64,000 bases of DNA from Escherichia coli (GTDB lineage: Bacteria > Pseudomonadota > Gammaproteobacteria > Enterobacterales > Enterobacteriaceae), in NCBI RefSeq assembly GCF_016903815.1, contig NZ_CP069973.1; one strand, given 5' to 3'. The stretch's first letter is position 1; each line of letters opens with the position of its first letter. Below, one piece after another: positions 25,363-37,711 of the stretch. The notes under the pieces were generated by a model. The model was not told the DNA's origin and ran no database searches. It saw only the letters and a list, made by a program, of their open reading frames with translations. A program made the position numbers and the translations under genes.

Positions 25363-25812
25363 TCAGGACAACAGCGTGCCCCAATGTTCGACCCACGGAT
25401 TTGATTCCGTTTCCGGTTCCGGGTTCTCACTGGCGTCAATCAACAGCATTTCGCCAACCCGCTGAGCGCTCTGTTCCTGCAACAAGGCATCGAACTGTTT
25501 GCCGCCATTGCAGAAATTCACATAACTACTGTCGCCGAGCGCAATCACGCCATAACGCAGATTCGGCTGGAAGCCCAGACTATCTTTGATTCCCTGAAAG
25601 AGCGGCACAATGCTATCAGGAAGGTCGCCCTGCCCGGTCGTGGACGTAACCACCAGAACATACTTATCCTGATAGGGCAGCCAGTCGCTTAATTCAGGAT
25701 CTTCAAATACCGTTGCTTTGTGGCCCTGCGCGGTCAGAATTGCTTCCGCTTCTTCCGCCACTAACAGCGAATTTCCGTACATAGTGCCGACAAAAATACC
25801 AATTTCCGCCAT
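25363..25812 (-). CDS. yqcA: flavodoxin-like protein
   Basis: 149-aa [26 protein letters not shown]... Confidence 0.85.
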   Translation of the reverse strand: MAEIGIFVGTMYGNSLLVAEEAEAILTAQGHKATVFEDPELSDWLPYQDKYVLVVTSTTGQGDLPDSIVPLFQGIKDSLGFQPNLRYGVIALGDSSYVNFCNGGKQFDALLQEQSAQRVGEMLLIDASENPEPETESNPWVEHWGTLLS

Positions 25813-25829
25813 ACCGTTTTCTCCCTGGA

Positions 25830-26612
25830 TTAGGAACTTATCTCTCCATCCTGACCCGATGGCGCACTGAACTCAACCCTTTCATTTTCAGGAAGCAGAC
25901 CCCGCCAGCCAAATTGTGATAACGCCTGCATCCAGGTGTCGTCCAGGCCCGCGTGAATAGTCAGCGGCTCGCCAGTAAAAGGATGCGTCAATGACAACTG
26001 ACTGGCATGCAGCATTAACCGCTGAAGGCCAAAATGTTCAGCACCGCTGCGATTCTGGCGTAAATCACCATGTTTGCTGTCGCCAATAATCGGGTGGCGC
26101 AAATGGGCAAGATGGCGACGGAGCTGGTGCTTACGTCCAGTTTTCGGCTCCAGTTCCACCAGGCCGTAGCGCGTGGTCGGGTAACGTCCGGTCGCTATCG
26201 GCATTTCTACGGTCGCCAGACCGCGATAATGCGTCACTGCTGGCTGTGGGCCTTTATCTTCGCGGGCAAATTTATCAGCGATTTTGTCCAGTTCTTCCAC
26301 CAGTGGATAATCCAGAACTGCTTCTTCCATCAACCAGCCGCGCACAATCGCATGGTAACGTTTCTGGATTTGGTGCTGTTCAAACTGTTGTGCCAGCAGC
26401 CGTCCGGCCTCGCTGGATAATCCCATCAACAACACACCAGAAGTGGGTCGGTCCAGACGATGAGCAGTAAACACATGCTGGCCTATCTGGTCACGCACGG
26501 TTTGCATGACCACTACTTTCTCGTCGCGATCCAGCCAGCTGCGGTGAACCAGCCAGCCGGAGGGTTTATTTACCGCAACCAGCCATTCATCCTGATAGAG
26601 TATTTCCAGCAT
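25830..26612 (-). CDS. truC: tRNA pseudouridine65 synthase
   Basis: 260-aa ORF with RluA-family motif ([12 protein letters not shown]). Confidence 0.9.
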   Translation of the reverse strand: MLEILYQDEWLVAVNKPSGWLVHRSWLDRDEKVVVMQTVRDQIGQHVFTAHRLDRPTSGVLLMGLSSEAGRLLAQQFEQHQIQKRYHAIVRGWLMEEAVLDYPLVEELDKIADKFAREDKGPQPAVTHYRGLATVEMPIATGRYPTTRYGLVELEPKTGRKHQLRRHLAHLRHPIIGDSKHGDLRQNRSGAEHFGLQRLMLHASQLSLTHPFTGEPLTIHAGLDDTWMQALSQFGWRGLLPENERVEFSAPSGQDGEISS

Positions 26613-26941
26613 TAGCTCGCATCATCCGCAAAAAGAGCATCCAGTTTTTCCAGCTCAGCCAGAATAAGCGCGCGTTGCGGGTGGTCCGTCGCCAGCGCCA
26701 TTTCATAATAGGGTGCAACGGCAAAAGCGCCCGGTAACGGCTGGTTGTTATCTAACAAATCGTGCATTCGCGGGATCAGCACCCACTGCAACCACTCCAG
26801 TGGTTCCATGGTGTCCATAAAGAACGGTTGGGTACTGTTAAATTGATGCGGCTGGGGTTCATCGTTTTGCCAGTGCTGATGTTCACGCAGTAATGCTTCA
26901 AGCGCCTGCAGCTGGAGACGAACGCGGTCATGAGTGGTCAT
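26612..26941 (-). CDS. yqcC: DUF446-family protein
   Basis: 109-aa ORF; stop/start overlap with truC. Confidence 0.8.
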   Translation of the reverse strand: MTTHDRVRLQLQALEALLREHQHWQNDEPQPHQFNSTQPFFMDTMEPLEWLQWVLIPRMHDLLDNNQPLPGAFAVAPYYEMALATDHPQRALILAELEKLDALFADDAS

Positions 26942-26984
26942 AAAGCAACCTCAATAAGAAAAACTGCCGCGAAGGATAGCAGGA

Positions 26985-27352
26985 ATAAAAAAAGGGAGCA
27001 CTGTATTCACAGTGCTCCCGGTTCGTTTCGCAGCATTCCAGCTACTTTTGTTGCTCCCTGCTCATCCTTGACAACTTTTCCTCTGGCCTTGCGGCCAATC
27101 GTTCATCCTGAACTATTGCTTCCTGCTCACACCACCCCGATGTGATACTTCATCCTGAAGTGTCCCTGGCCTTCCTGACCCACCGAATCATCCTGACCGG
27201 TTCTCATTCTCCATCCTGGAGGTGTCCTTTAACGCGTCCTGCGTCATCCTCTTCGCTTCATCCAGAAGCCTTTCCCTGAAACACCATCCTGGTGTGTCCT
27301 TCAGAAGTGTCATCATCCTGATGTTCACTTCGTTGTCTGACTCCCTGTCGAC
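26985..27352 (-). ncRNA. csrB: CsrB sRNA (CsrA-sequestering, many GGA motifs)
   Basis: Minus strand starts GTCGACAGGGAGTCAGACAACGAAG (RC of 27328-27352), carries about 18 CAGGA(U)G-type repeats (seen as catcctg on plus) and ends in hairpin GGGAGCACTGTGAATACAGTGCTCCC plus U-run near 26985. Confidence 0.93.
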
Positions 27353-27525
27353 GAAGATAGAATCGTCTTTTTCGCGAAGACTTACAAGGCGCTTACAGAC
27401 AATGCCTTAAGGAAAATTTCATATGAAAGTTAAGAATTGACAAGCAATATATTGATTTTAAATGAAAATAACGATTCTTATCTTTTTAAGTATTCGCTTA
27501 TTTCCTGGCGATCTCCTACAGAGTC

Positions 27526-27543
27526 TGTAAGAGATCTCTCACA
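27526..27543. promoter_or_regulatory. UvrY (BarA/UvrY) binding palindrome upstream of csrB
   Basis: Perfect 18-bp palindrome tgtaagagatctctcaca about 175 bp upstream of the csrB 5' end. Confidence 0.75.
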
Positions 27544-27562
27544 ACCAGATGGGGTATTTGGA

Positions 27563-28108
27563 TTACAGAAGAGGCTTAAGTTGATTAAGGAATTCCGCAA
27601 GATTTGAGGCTAAATGCGTCCGTTTACGTGTTCCCAGCGTCTCTTTGCACACTTCACCGGAGAGATTACACACCGAGATGACCTCTAACTCTTCTTCCAG
27701 CGTCGCGATAAATAGCGTGGGCGGCAGTTTTAGCCTTTTCTGAGTCACCAGATGACCAATCAGATTTTCCTGCACCCGACGGAAATCGTCTTCACTCCAG
27801 GTTTGCAGCAATGTCAGTTTGATATCGCCAAACTGCGCGTGCATATCCCCGGCAAACTGAGTCGTATAAAAGGTATGAATCGTGGGTTGTATCACAATAT
27901 CAAAAGCGCGTTCAACCGCGTTTACATTTTGTTCCCCGGTAAACGGCTGGGGTTGCCAGTATACGGCATCTTCGGTAGTTGAAATAATGCACGGTGAAGG
28001 AACGCCGTACAGTTCCTCACTCAACGGCCAGCTTTTATGCTCTTCATGCCACGCATCGCAGTAACATGCAGTAAAATCTTTCAGGGCTTGTGCGGTCAAA
28101 TCGTCCAC
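27563..28108 (-). CDS. syd: SecY-interacting protein Syd
   Basis: 181-aa ORF; synteny. Confidence 0.9.
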   Translation of the reverse strand: MDDLTAQALKDFTACYCDAWHEEHKSWPLSEELYGVPSPCIISTTEDAVYWQPQPFTGEQNVNAVERAFDIVIQPTIHTFYTTQFAGDMHAQFGDIKLTLLQTWSEDDFRRVQENLIGHLVTQKRLKLPPTLFIATLEEELEVISVCNLSGEVCKETLGTRKRTHLASNLAEFLNQLKPLL

Positions 28109-28175
28109 TAATTTCTCTCTTCACTTAAACCAGATACACTTGTCGTTTAGTTTATCTGGTTTATGACGGTGAAAC

Positions 28176-29024
28176 ATGTCTTCTTATGCAAACCATCAGG
28201 CACTTGCGGGCCTGACTCTTGGAAAATCAACCGATTACCGGGATACCTATGACGCCAGCCTACTGCAAGGCGTTCCGCGTAGTCTGAATCGCGATCCGCT
28301 GGGTCTGAAAGCGGATAACCTGCCTTTTCACGGTACGGATATCTGGACGCTATATGAACTTTCCTGGCTGAATGCGAAAGGTTTGCCGCAGGTCGCCGTC
28401 GGTCATGTTGAACTTGATTACACCAGCGCAAATCTGATTGAGTCGAAGAGTTTTAAGCTCTATCTCAACAGTTTTAACCAGACGCGTTTTAATAACTGGG
28501 ATGAGGTGCGCCAGACGCTGGAGCGCGACTTAAGCACTTGCGCTCAGGGTAAGATTAGCGTGGCGTTATATCGTCTTGATGAACTGGAAGGCCAGCCGAT
28601 AGGTCATTTTAATGGCACTTGCATTGATGACCAGGATATCACTATCGATAACTATGAATTCACTACTGACTATCTGGAGAATGCCACCTGTGGTGAAAAA
28701 GTAGTGGAAGAGACGCTTGTCAGCCACCTGCTGAAATCAAACTGCCTGATCACCCATCAACCAGATTGGGGTTCGATCCAAATTCAGTATCGTGGACGCC
28801 AAATTGACAGAGAAAAACTGCTGCGTTACCTGGTCTCATTCCGTCATCACAACGAGTTCCACGAACAGTGCGTGGAACGCATCTTTAATGACCTGTTACG
28901 CTTCTGCCAGCCAGAAAAATTGAGCGTTTACGCACGTTATACCCGTCGTGGCGGTCTGGACATTAACCCGTGGCGCAGTAATAGCGATTTTGTCCCATCG
29001 ACCACAAGACTGGTTCGGCAATAA
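28176..29024 (+). CDS. queF: NADPH-dependent 7-cyano-7-deazaguanine reductase
   Basis: 282-aa ORF; synteny. Confidence 0.9.
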   Translation: MSSYANHQALAGLTLGKSTDYRDTYDASLLQGVPRSLNRDPLGLKADNLPFHGTDIWTLYELSWLNAKGLPQVAVGHVELDYTSANLIESKSFKLYLNSFNQTRFNNWDEVRQTLERDLSTCAQGKISVALYRLDELEGQPIGHFNGTCIDDQDITIDNYEFTTDYLENATCGEKVVEETLVSHLLKSNCLITHQPDWGSIQIQYRGRQIDREKLLRYLVSFRHHNEFHEQCVERIFNDLLRFCQPEKLSVYARYTRRGGLDINPWRSNSDFVPSTTRLVRQ

Positions 29025-29135
29025 ATTTTTTCTCAATTTTGCGTGCTGGATTCACGCAGAAGGTTGTGAAAGGTCATCAGGCAGGGCTATTGTAATCAAA
29101 GGGAATGACGATATTCGTCCCATAAGGAGTTTTTC

Positions 29136-30500
29136 TTGATTACACATATTAGCCCGCTTGGCTCCATGGATATGTTGTCGCAGCTGGAAGTGGATATGCT
29201 TAAACGCACCGCCAGCAGCGACCTCTATCAACTGTTTCGCAACTGTTCACTTGCCGTACTGAACTCCGGTAGTTTGACCGATAACAGCAAAGAATTGCTG
29301 TCTCGTTTTGAAAATTTCGATATTAACGTCTTGCGCCGTGAACGCGGCGTAAAGCTGGAACTGATTAATCCCCCGGAAGAGGCTTTTGTCGATGGGCGAA
29401 TTATTCGCGCTTTGCAGGCCAACTTGTTCGCGGTCCTGCGTGACATTCTCTTCGTTTACGGGCAAATCCATAACACCGTTCGTTTTCCCAACCTGAATCT
29501 CGACAACTCCGTCCACATCACTAACCTGGTCTTTTCCATCTTGCGTAACGCTCGCGCGCTGCATGTGGGTGAAGCGCCAAATATGGTGGTCTGCTGGGGC
29601 GGTCACTCAATTAACGAAAACGAGTATTTGTATGCCCGTCGCGTCGGAAACCAGCTGGGCCTGCGTGAGCTGAATATCTGCACCGGCTGTGGTCCGGGAG
29701 CGATGGAAGCGCCGATGAAAGGTGCTGCGGTCGGACACGCGCAGCAGCGTTACAAAGACAGTCGTTTTATTGGTATGACAGAGCCGTCGATTATCGCCGC
29801 TGAACCGCCTAACCCGCTGGTCAACGAATTGATCATCATGCCAGATATCGAAAAACGTCTGGAAGCGTTTGTCCGTATCGCTCACGGTATCATTATCTTC
29901 CCTGGCGGTGTGGGTACGGCAGAAGAGTTGTTGTATTTGCTGGGAATTTTAATGAACCCGGCCAACAAAGATCAGGTTTTACCATTGATCCTCACCGGCC
30001 CGAAAGAGAGCGCCGACTACTTCCGCGTACTGGACGAGTTTGTCGTACATACGCTGGGCGAAAACGCGCGCCGCCATTACCGCATCATCATTGATGACGC
30101 CGCTGAAGTCGCTCGTCAGATGAAAAAATCGATGCCGCTGGTGAAAGAAAATCGCCGCGACACTGGTGACGCTTACAGCTTTAACTGGTCAATGCGCATT
30201 GCACCAGATTTGCAAATGCCGTTTGAGCCGTCTCACGAGAATATGGCTAATCTGAAGCTTTACCCGGATCAACCTGTTGAAGTGCTGGCTGCCGACCTGC
30301 GCCGTGCGTTCTCCGGTATTGTGGCGGGTAACGTAAAAGAAGTCGGTATTCGCGCCATTGAAGAGTTTGGTCCTTACAAAATCAACGGCGATAAAGAGAT
30401 TATGCGTCGTATGGACGACCTGCTACAGGGTTTTGTTGCCCAGCATCGTATGAAGTTGCCAGGCTCAGCCTACATCCCTTGCTACGAAATCTGCACGTAA
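29136..30500 (+). CDS. ppnN: nucleotide 5'-monophosphate nucleosidase (LOG-like)
   Basis: 454-aa ORF (ygdH); synteny. Confidence 0.88.
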
Positions 30501-30649
30501 TCTCCCCTCCCCCGGTGACGTTTGTTGCCGGGTTTTCTCGTTTTTGGTCACTTACTCATCAACTCATTTCATTTGTTATATGAATGTTTCTTACCACCCT
30601 CACGCGACAAATATCATCACAGTCAATATGTCATACAATTTATATTGCA

Positions 30650-30665
30650 ACGCAAACGTTTCCCT
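30650..30665. promoter_or_regulatory. PurR-box-like motif between ppnN and sdaC
   Basis: ACGCAAACGTTTCCCT fits the PurR operator pattern ANGMAAACGTTTNCNT at every specified position; about 390 bp upstream of the sdaC ATG. Confidence 0.35.
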
Positions 30666-31056
30666 ATTTTCATAAACCGTATTTTATCGCTATGAAAAAG
30701 AAATTATCGCCATGATTAACTAAAAGTATTGATTTTTTCAGTTCAACCTACATATATTGCGCGCCCCGGAAGAAGTCAGATGTCGTTTAATGGGCAAATA
30801 TTGCCCTTAAATTCTCTTTTACTTTTAATTTACAGAGTAAAGCGTTGGGATAATCTATCTTCCAAGTAGATTATTGTATTTGGGATCAAGATCACTGATA
30901 GATACATAACTTGTGTGTATCTTTCCGCCCTCAAATTATTACGGCGGTAAATGATTAAGCCATCGCCGATAGACAGATTTCATTTTTACGGTCAGGCACC
31001 TTCCCGGGCTGAACTGGCTAAAAGCTGAATTATTTGCATTCCTCCAGGAGAAATAG

Positions 31057-32346
31057 ATGGAAACGACTCAAACCAGCACGATTGCGTCGAAAGACTCTCG
31101 TAGTGCCTGGCGCAAGACAGACACCATGTGGATGCTGGGCCTTTACGGCACGGCAATCGGCGCGGGCGTGCTGTTCCTGCCAATCAACGCCGGTGTTGGC
31201 GGTATGATCCCGCTGATCATCATGGCTATCCTTGCGTTCCCGATGACGTTTTTTGCTCACCGCGGCCTGACTCGCTTCGTACTGTCTGGTAAAAACCCGG
31301 GCGAAGACATCACCGAGGTTGTAGAAGAACACTTTGGTATTGGCGCAGGTAAACTGATTACCCTGCTCTACTTCTTCGCTATCTACCCGATCCTGCTGGT
31401 TTATAGCGTGGCAATCACCAATACCGTTGAAAGCTTCATGTCTCACCAGCTGGGTATGACGCCACCGCCGCGTGCGATTCTGTCGCTGATCCTGATCGTG
31501 GGTATGATGACCATCGTTCGCTTCGGTGAGCAGATGATCGTTAAAGCGATGAGTATTCTGGTATTCCCGTTTGTTGGCGTACTGATGCTGCTGGCTCTGT
31601 ACCTGATCCCGCAGTGGAACGGCGCTGCACTGGAAACGCTGTCTCTGGACACTGCATCTGCAACCGGAAACGGTCTGTGGATGACCCTGTGGCTGGCAAT
31701 TCCGGTAATGGTGTTCTCGTTCAACCACTCTCCGATCATCTCTTCTTTCGCCGTTGCGAAGCGTGAAGAGTACGGCGATATGGCAGAACAGAAATGCTCG
31801 AAGATCCTGGCATTCGCACACATCATGATGGTGCTGACCGTAATGTTCTTCGTCTTCAGCTGTGTACTGAGCCTGACTCCGGCAGACCTGGCTGCGGCTA
31901 AAGAGCAGAACATCTCGATTCTGTCTTACCTGGCTAACCACTTTAACGCACCGGTTATCGCGTGGATGGCTCCGATTATCGCGATTATCGCTATCACCAA
32001 ATCCTTCCTCGGTCACTACCTGGGCGCACGTGAAGGCTTCAACGGTATGGTGATTAAATCTCTGCGTGGTAAAGGTAAGTCTATCGAAATCAACAAGCTG
32101 AACCGTATCACTGCGCTGTTCATGCTGGTAACGACCTGGATTGTTGCCACCCTGAACCCGAGCATCCTGGGTATGATTGAAACCCTGGGCGGCCCAATCA
32201 TCGCGATGATCCTGTTCCTGATGCCGATGTACGCAATTCAGAAAGTACCGGCAATGCGTAAGTACAGCGGTCACATCAGCAACGTATTCGTTGTCGTGAT
32301 GGGTCTGATTGCAATCTCCGCAATCTTCTACTCTCTGTTCAGCTAA
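31057..32346 (+). CDS. sdaC: serine:H+ symporter
   Basis: 429-aa hydrophobic [34 protein letters not shown]... Confidence 0.95.
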   Translation: METTQTSTIASKDSRSAWRKTDTMWMLGLYGTAIGAGVLFLPINAGVGGMIPLIIMAILAFPMTFFAHRGLTRFVLSGKNPGEDITEVVEEHFGIGAGKLITLLYFFAIYPILLVYSVAITNTVESFMSHQLGMTPPPRAILSLILIVGMMTIVRFGEQMIVKAMSILVFPFVGVLMLLALYLIPQWNGAALETLSLDTASATGNGLWMTLWLAIPVMVFSFNHSPIISSFAVAKREEYGDMAEQKCSKILAFAHIMMVLTVMFFVFSCVLSLTPADLAAAKEQNISILSYLANHFNAPVIAWMAPIIAIIAITKSFLGHYLGAREGFNGMVIKSLRGKGKSIEINKLNRITALFMLVTTWIVATLNPSILGMIETLGGPIIAMILFLMPMYAIQKVPAMRKYSGHISNVFVVVMGLIAISAIFYSLFS

Positions 32347-32403
32347 GTCCTTTCGCGCCGCTTTCGGGCGGCGCTTCCTCCGTTTTAACGCGATGTATTT
32401 CCT

Positions 32404-33771
32404 ATGATTAGCGTATTCGATATTTTCAAAATCGGCATTGGCCCTTCCAGTTCTCATACCGTTGGACCAATGAAAGCGGGTAAACAATTTACCGACGATC
32501 TGATTGCCCGTAACCTGCTTAAAGACGTGACCCGCGTGGTGGTTGACGTGTACGGCTCGCTCTCTCTGACCGGTAAAGGCCACCACACTGATATCGCCAT
32601 TATTATGGGCCTGGCGGGTAACCTGCCGGATACCGTGGATATCGATTCCATCCCTGGTTTTATTCAGGATGTGAATACTCATGGTCGCCTGATGCTGGCA
32701 AACGGTCAGCATGAAGTGGAGTTCCCGGTTGATCAGTGCATGAACTTCCATGCAGACAACCTTTCTCTGCATGAAAACGGTATGCGCATTACCGCGCTGG
32801 CGGGCGATAAAGTCGTTTACAGCCAGACTTACTACTCTATTGGCGGTGGCTTTATCGTTGATGAAGAGCATTTTGGCCAGCAGAATAGCGCACCGGTTGA
32901 AGTTCCTTATCCGTACAGTTCAGCAGCCGATCTGCAAAAACATTGTCAGGAAACCGGGCTGTCACTCTCTGGCCTGATGATGAAAAATGAGCTGGCGCTG
33001 CACAGCAAAGAAGAGCTGGAACAGCACCTGGCGAACGTATGGGAAGTCATGCGTGGCGGTATTGAGCGCGGTATTTCCACCGAAGGCGTGTTGCCTGGCA
33101 AACTGCGCGTTCCACGCCGTGCTGCGGCACTACGCCGGATGCTGGTCAGCCAGGATAAAACCACCACTGACCCGATGGCGGTTGTTGACTGGATCAACAT
33201 GTTTGCACTGGCAGTGAACGAAGAGAACGCTGCTGGCGGACGCGTGGTGACTGCGCCGACTAACGGTGCGTGCGGGATTATCCCGGCAGTGCTGGCGTAC
33301 TACGACAAGTTTATCCGCGAAGTGAACGCTAACTCACTGGCTCGTTACCTGCTGGTAGCCAGTGCCATTGGTTCTCTTTATAAGATGAACGCGTCAATTT
33401 CTGGTGCTGAAGTCGGCTGCCAGGGTGAAGTTGGTGTGGCGTGCTCAATGGCGGCGGCTGGTCTGGCAGAGCTGTTAGGTGCAAGCCCGGCGCAGGTGTG
33501 CATCGCGGCGGAAATCGCCATGGAGCACAACCTCGGTCTGACGTGTGACCCGGTCGCCGGACAGGTCCAGGTGCCATGCATCGAGCGTAACGCCATTGCG
33601 GCAGTAAAAGCGGTGAACGCCGCACGTATGGCGCTACGCCGTACCAGCGAGCCGCGCGTCTGCCTCGATAAAGTTATCGAAACCATGTACGAAACAGGTA
33701 AAGATATGAACGCCAAGTACCGCGAAACCTCTCGCGGCGGCCTGGCAATGAAGATCGTTGCCTGCGATTAA
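32404..33771 (+). CDS. sdaB: L-serine dehydratase 2
   Basis: 455-aa [29 protein letters not shown]... Confidence 0.95.
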   Translation: MISVFDIFKIGIGPSSSHTVGPMKAGKQFTDDLIARNLLKDVTRVVVDVYGSLSLTGKGHHTDIAIIMGLAGNLPDTVDIDSIPGFIQDVNTHGRLMLANGQHEVEFPVDQCMNFHADNLSLHENGMRITALAGDKVVYSQTYYSIGGGFIVDEEHFGQQNSAPVEVPYPYSSAADLQKHCQETGLSLSGLMMKNELALHSKEELEQHLANVWEVMRGGIERGISTEGVLPGKLRVPRRAAALRRMLVSQDKTTTDPMAVVDWINMFALAVNEENAAGGRVVTAPTNGACGIIPAVLAYYDKFIREVNANSLARYLLVASAIGSLYKMNASISGAEVGCQGEVGVACSMAAAGLAELLGASPAQVCIAAEIAMEHNLGLTCDPVAGQVQVPCIERNAIAAVKAVNAARMALRRTSEPRVCLDKVIETMYETGKDMNAKYRETSRGGLAMKIVACD

Positions 33772-34638
<867 letters not shown>

Positions 34639-34644
34639 CGGCGA

Positions 34645-34672
34645 GCCGGATACGCCGCAAACGTCGTATCCG
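34645..34672. terminator. Bidirectional hairpin between convergent xni and fucO
   Basis: ccggatacg-ccgcaaacgt-cgtatccgg perfect stem. Confidence 0.5.
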
Positions 34673-34692
34673 GCATTATCACATCAGCGCAT

Positions 34693-35841
34693 TTACCAGG
34701 CGGTATGGTAAAGCTCTACAATATCCTCAAGCGTTGCTTCACGCGGGTTGCCACCGGTACAAACATCATTCAGTGCCGCCTGCGCCAGTGCCGGAATGTC
34801 TTCCTTGCGTACCCCAACATCACGCAAATGTGGCGGAATACCGACATCACGGTTGAGAGCAAACACCGCTTCAACAGCGGCATTACGCGCCTCTTCCAGG
34901 CTCATACCTTCCACTTTCACGCCCATAACGCGCGCGATATCGCGGTACTTCTCACCGGTAAAGTCAGCGTTATAGCGCATGACATGCGGTAGCAGGATGG
35001 CGTTTGCAACACCGTGTGGAGTGTTATAAAACGCGCCCAGTGGATGCGCCATACCATGCACCAACCCTAACCCAACATTCGAGAAGCCCATACCCGCAAC
35101 ATACTGCCCGAGCGCTATTTCTTCTCCGGCATCCTTATCACCAGCAACCGATCCTCGCAGCGCCCCAGCAATGATTTCAATCGCTTTAATGTGCAGTGCA
35201 TCGGTTAGCGCCCACGCGCCACGGGTAATATACCCCTCAATAGCATGAGTGAGCGCATCGACACCCGTCGCAGCTTTCAGCGCTGGAGGCATACCATCCA
35301 TCATGTCAGCGTCAATAAACGCCACCTGCGGGATATCATGCGGATCAACGCAAACAAACTTGCGCCGTTTTTCTTCGTCAGTGATCACGTAGTTAATGGT
35401 CACTTCTGCCGCAGTGCCTGCTGTGGTGGGGATTGCCAGAATCGGTACACTGGGTTTATTGGTCGGGGAAAGCCCTTCCAGGCTACGCACATCGGCAAAC
35501 TCCGGGTTGTTGCTGATAATGCCAATCGCTTTACAAGTATCCTGTGGAGAACCACCACCAATAGCGATCAGGTAATCCGCGCCGCTATTCTGGAATACAC
35601 CGAGCCCTTCTTTGACGACAGTAATTGTTGGGTTGGGCACTACGCCGTCGTAAATCGCCCATGCCAGCCCTGCAGCATCCATCTTATCGGTCACTTTCGC
35701 CACCACGCCGCATTGCACCAGCGTTTTATCGGTGACGATCAGCGCCTTCTGATAACCACGGCGTTTCACCTCATCGGTTAAAGCCCCAACAGCACCCCGA
35801 CCAAACCATGCCGTTTCGTTCAGAATCATTCTGTTAGCCAT
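34693..35841 (-). CDS. fucO: L-1,2-propanediol oxidoreductase (lactaldehyde reductase)
   Basis: ORF 34693..35844 (MMANRMILNE...); iron-containing alcohol dehydrogenase; start at first or second Met. Confidence 0.93.
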   Translation of the reverse strand: MANRMILNETAWFGRGAVGALTDEVKRRGYQKALIVTDKTLVQCGVVAKVTDKMDAAGLAWAIYDGVVPNPTITVVKEGLGVFQNSGADYLIAIGGGSPQDTCKAIGIISNNPEFADVRSLEGLSPTNKPSVPILAIPTTAGTAAEVTINYVITDEEKRRKFVCVDPHDIPQVAFIDADMMDGMPPALKAATGVDALTHAIEGYITRGAWALTDALHIKAIEIIAGALRGSVAGDKDAGEEIALGQYVAGMGFSNVGLGLVHGMAHPLGAFYNTPHGVANAILLPHVMRYNADFTGEKYRDIARVMGVKVEGMSLEEARNAAVEAVFALNRDVGIPPHLRDVGVRKEDIPALAQAALNDVCTGGNPREATLEDIVELYHTAW

Positions 35842-35868
35842 CATCCTTCTCCTTGTTGCTTTACGAAA

Positions 35869-36516
35869 TTACTCTTCAATTCGTAACCCATAGGTTTTGA
35901 ATTTCTCCAGCACTACGGCAATCTCTTCATCGCTCAGCACTGGCACCGGGTCCGTAATCGCCAGGGTCGTCAGGTAAAGTTGCGCCAGCACTTCAACTTC
36001 ATGCGCCAGCCATAACGCTTTTTCCAGATTCACCTCACAAGCGATAAGCCCATGATGTTGTAACAAAGTTGCCTTACGATTTTTGAGAGCCAGCGCAACA
36101 TGTTCAGAAAGTTCACGTGTTCCAAAGGTCGCATAAGGCGCGCAAGGAATAGAATTACCGCCCGCCGCCGCAATCATGTAGTGAATAGCGGGGATCGGTC
36201 GGTTAAGAATGGAAACTGCCGTGCAATGAACGGCATGATTGTGAACAACCGCGTTGGCATCCGGTCTGCTTTGATAGGCTGCCATATGGAAACGCCACTC
36301 GCTGGAAGGAATCTTACCTTCTTCGTATTTGCCGTTGCCATCAACATAGACAATCATATTCTCCGTCATTCTTTCATAAGGAATACCGCTGGGAGTAATC
36401 AACATGCCGTTTTCAAAACGTGTGCTGACATTCCCCGCTGTCCCCTGATTTAACCCAAGGCGCGTCATTTCCAGACAGGTTTCAATTATTTCACGGGATA
36501 AACGTGTTCTTTCCAT
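35869..36516 (-). CDS. fucA: L-fuculose-1-phosphate aldolase
   Basis: 215-aa ORF MERTRLSREIIETCLEMTRLGLNQGTAGNVS... Confidence 0.95.
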   Translation of the reverse strand: MERTRLSREIIETCLEMTRLGLNQGTAGNVSTRFENGMLITPSGIPYERMTENMIVYVDGNGKYEEGKIPSSEWRFHMAAYQSRPDANAVVHNHAVHCTAVSILNRPIPAIHYMIAAAGGNSIPCAPYATFGTRELSEHVALALKNRKATLLQHHGLIACEVNLEKALWLAHEVEVLAQLYLTTLAITDPVPVLSDEEIAVVLEKFKTYGLRIEE

Positions 36517-36648
36517 TTCTATTCTCCAGATACAGTTTCAGCTCGCCTTGTTGCGTAAAACAGCACCGCAAATGAAGACGGGGTTATTTTTAGTAAGGGG
36601 AGGCCACTGAATATCATTGTTCAGTAGCCTGATATCTTTTGGCGATTA

Positions 36649-37647
36649 TTATTTTTTTCTTATGCGCTTAATTAATTTCATTCCTACTTTAACTGTTTTT
36701 TTGACTGGTCTTTCTTCGATCGCGCTTAACATCATTTCGAACGCTTTTTCTGCCCAGGCATTTTCATCCTGCTGCATTGACCAGACATTGTTGGCGAGAA
36801 ATCCCAGCATAGGATGTTCATCGAAAGTGCCAATATTGATTTCTGGCGGTACAGCGCCAAGACGGTCGCGAATCGCGCGGACAGCGCCTTCAAGCACAGG
36901 CAAAGACGAGGCGATAAATGCCTGCGGACATCCCTGCTCTTCAATGAGTTTTTCCATAATGACATAGCCGCCTTCCGGAGTATTTACCGGACCTTCCCGC
37001 ACCCAATCGCGATGGGTAATCCCTTTTTTTGCCAACGCATTCAAATAACCTGTCAGACGATCGCTGATACTCGGCAAACCGGCATCTCCCAGCAAAAACC
37101 ATACTGGAGCCTGCCCGGCCTCAAGAATATTTTGCGTCAGCTTTTCTCCGCCAGAAATATTATTACTCTCTACCAATGCGTTATCGGTATATTTAAAATC
37201 ACGATCGAGTAAAACCATGGGCTTACGAATTTTGCGTAAATGATGCTGCTGATTTTCCAGCGTCGAAGGAACAATAAAAAGACCATCTACATTTCGTGCG
37301 ATAAATGCTTTCGTCAATTTATTTTCATAGTCAACATCATCATAAGTGCAACTGATTGTAAGTTGATATCCGGAACGTCGACAGCGTTGTTCGAGTTTTT
37401 CTGCCAGCGTAGCAAAAAAGACGTTGGATATGTTGGGAACAATCAACCCTAATGTATCAGTTTTGTTAAGCTTAAGGCTGCGAGCGGAATGATTAATGAT
37501 ATAACCATAGCGTTCAACATATTCATTGATACGCGTTTGGGTTTTGACGCTGATTCGATATTGTTCCGCTTTTCCATTTAGCACCAGTCGCACGGTCGTA
37601 ACCGATAAATTCAGGTCGCTGGCTATCTGCTCTACTGTTTTAGCCAT
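36649..37647 (-). CDS. LacI/GalR-family transcriptional regulator
   Basis: 332-aa ORF with N-terminal HTH (MAKTVEQIASDLNLSVTTVRLVLNG...) and periplasmic-binding-like effector domain. Confidence 0.85.
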   Translation of the reverse strand: MAKTVEQIASDLNLSVTTVRLVLNGKAEQYRISVKTQTRINEYVERYGYIINHSARSLKLNKTDTLGLIVPNISNVFFATLAEKLEQRCRRSGYQLTISCTYDDVDYENKLTKAFIARNVDGLFIVPSTLENQQHHLRKIRKPMVLLDRDFKYTDNALVESNNISGGEKLTQNILEAGQAPVWFLLGDAGLPSISDRLTGYLNALAKKGITHRDWVREGPVNTPEGGYVIMEKLIEEQGCPQAFIASSLPVLEGAVRAIRDRLGAVPPEINIGTFDEHPMLGFLANNVWSMQQDENAWAEKAFEMMLSAIEERPVKKTVKVGMKLIKRIRKK

Positions 37648-37711
37648 AGGTATTTCCCAGTTAACATCCAGACGTCAAATCACAATCATAAAAGTATTTT
37701 CAACTTTTGTC

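Noticed and set aside
26930-27410. Plus-strand ORFs of 71 and 62 aa overlapping csrB
   Set aside because: They arise from the repeated catcctg units of the sRNA; csrB is non-coding.
31030-32871. 613-aa minus-strand ORF spanning all of sdaC, the sdaC-sdaB spacer and the 5' end of sdaB
   Set aside because: Arg/His/Gln-rich low-complexity product antisense to a membrane-protein gene; stays open across the intergenic spacer but shows no recognisable domain or plausible start context. Worth a ribosome-profiling look but most likely non-coding.
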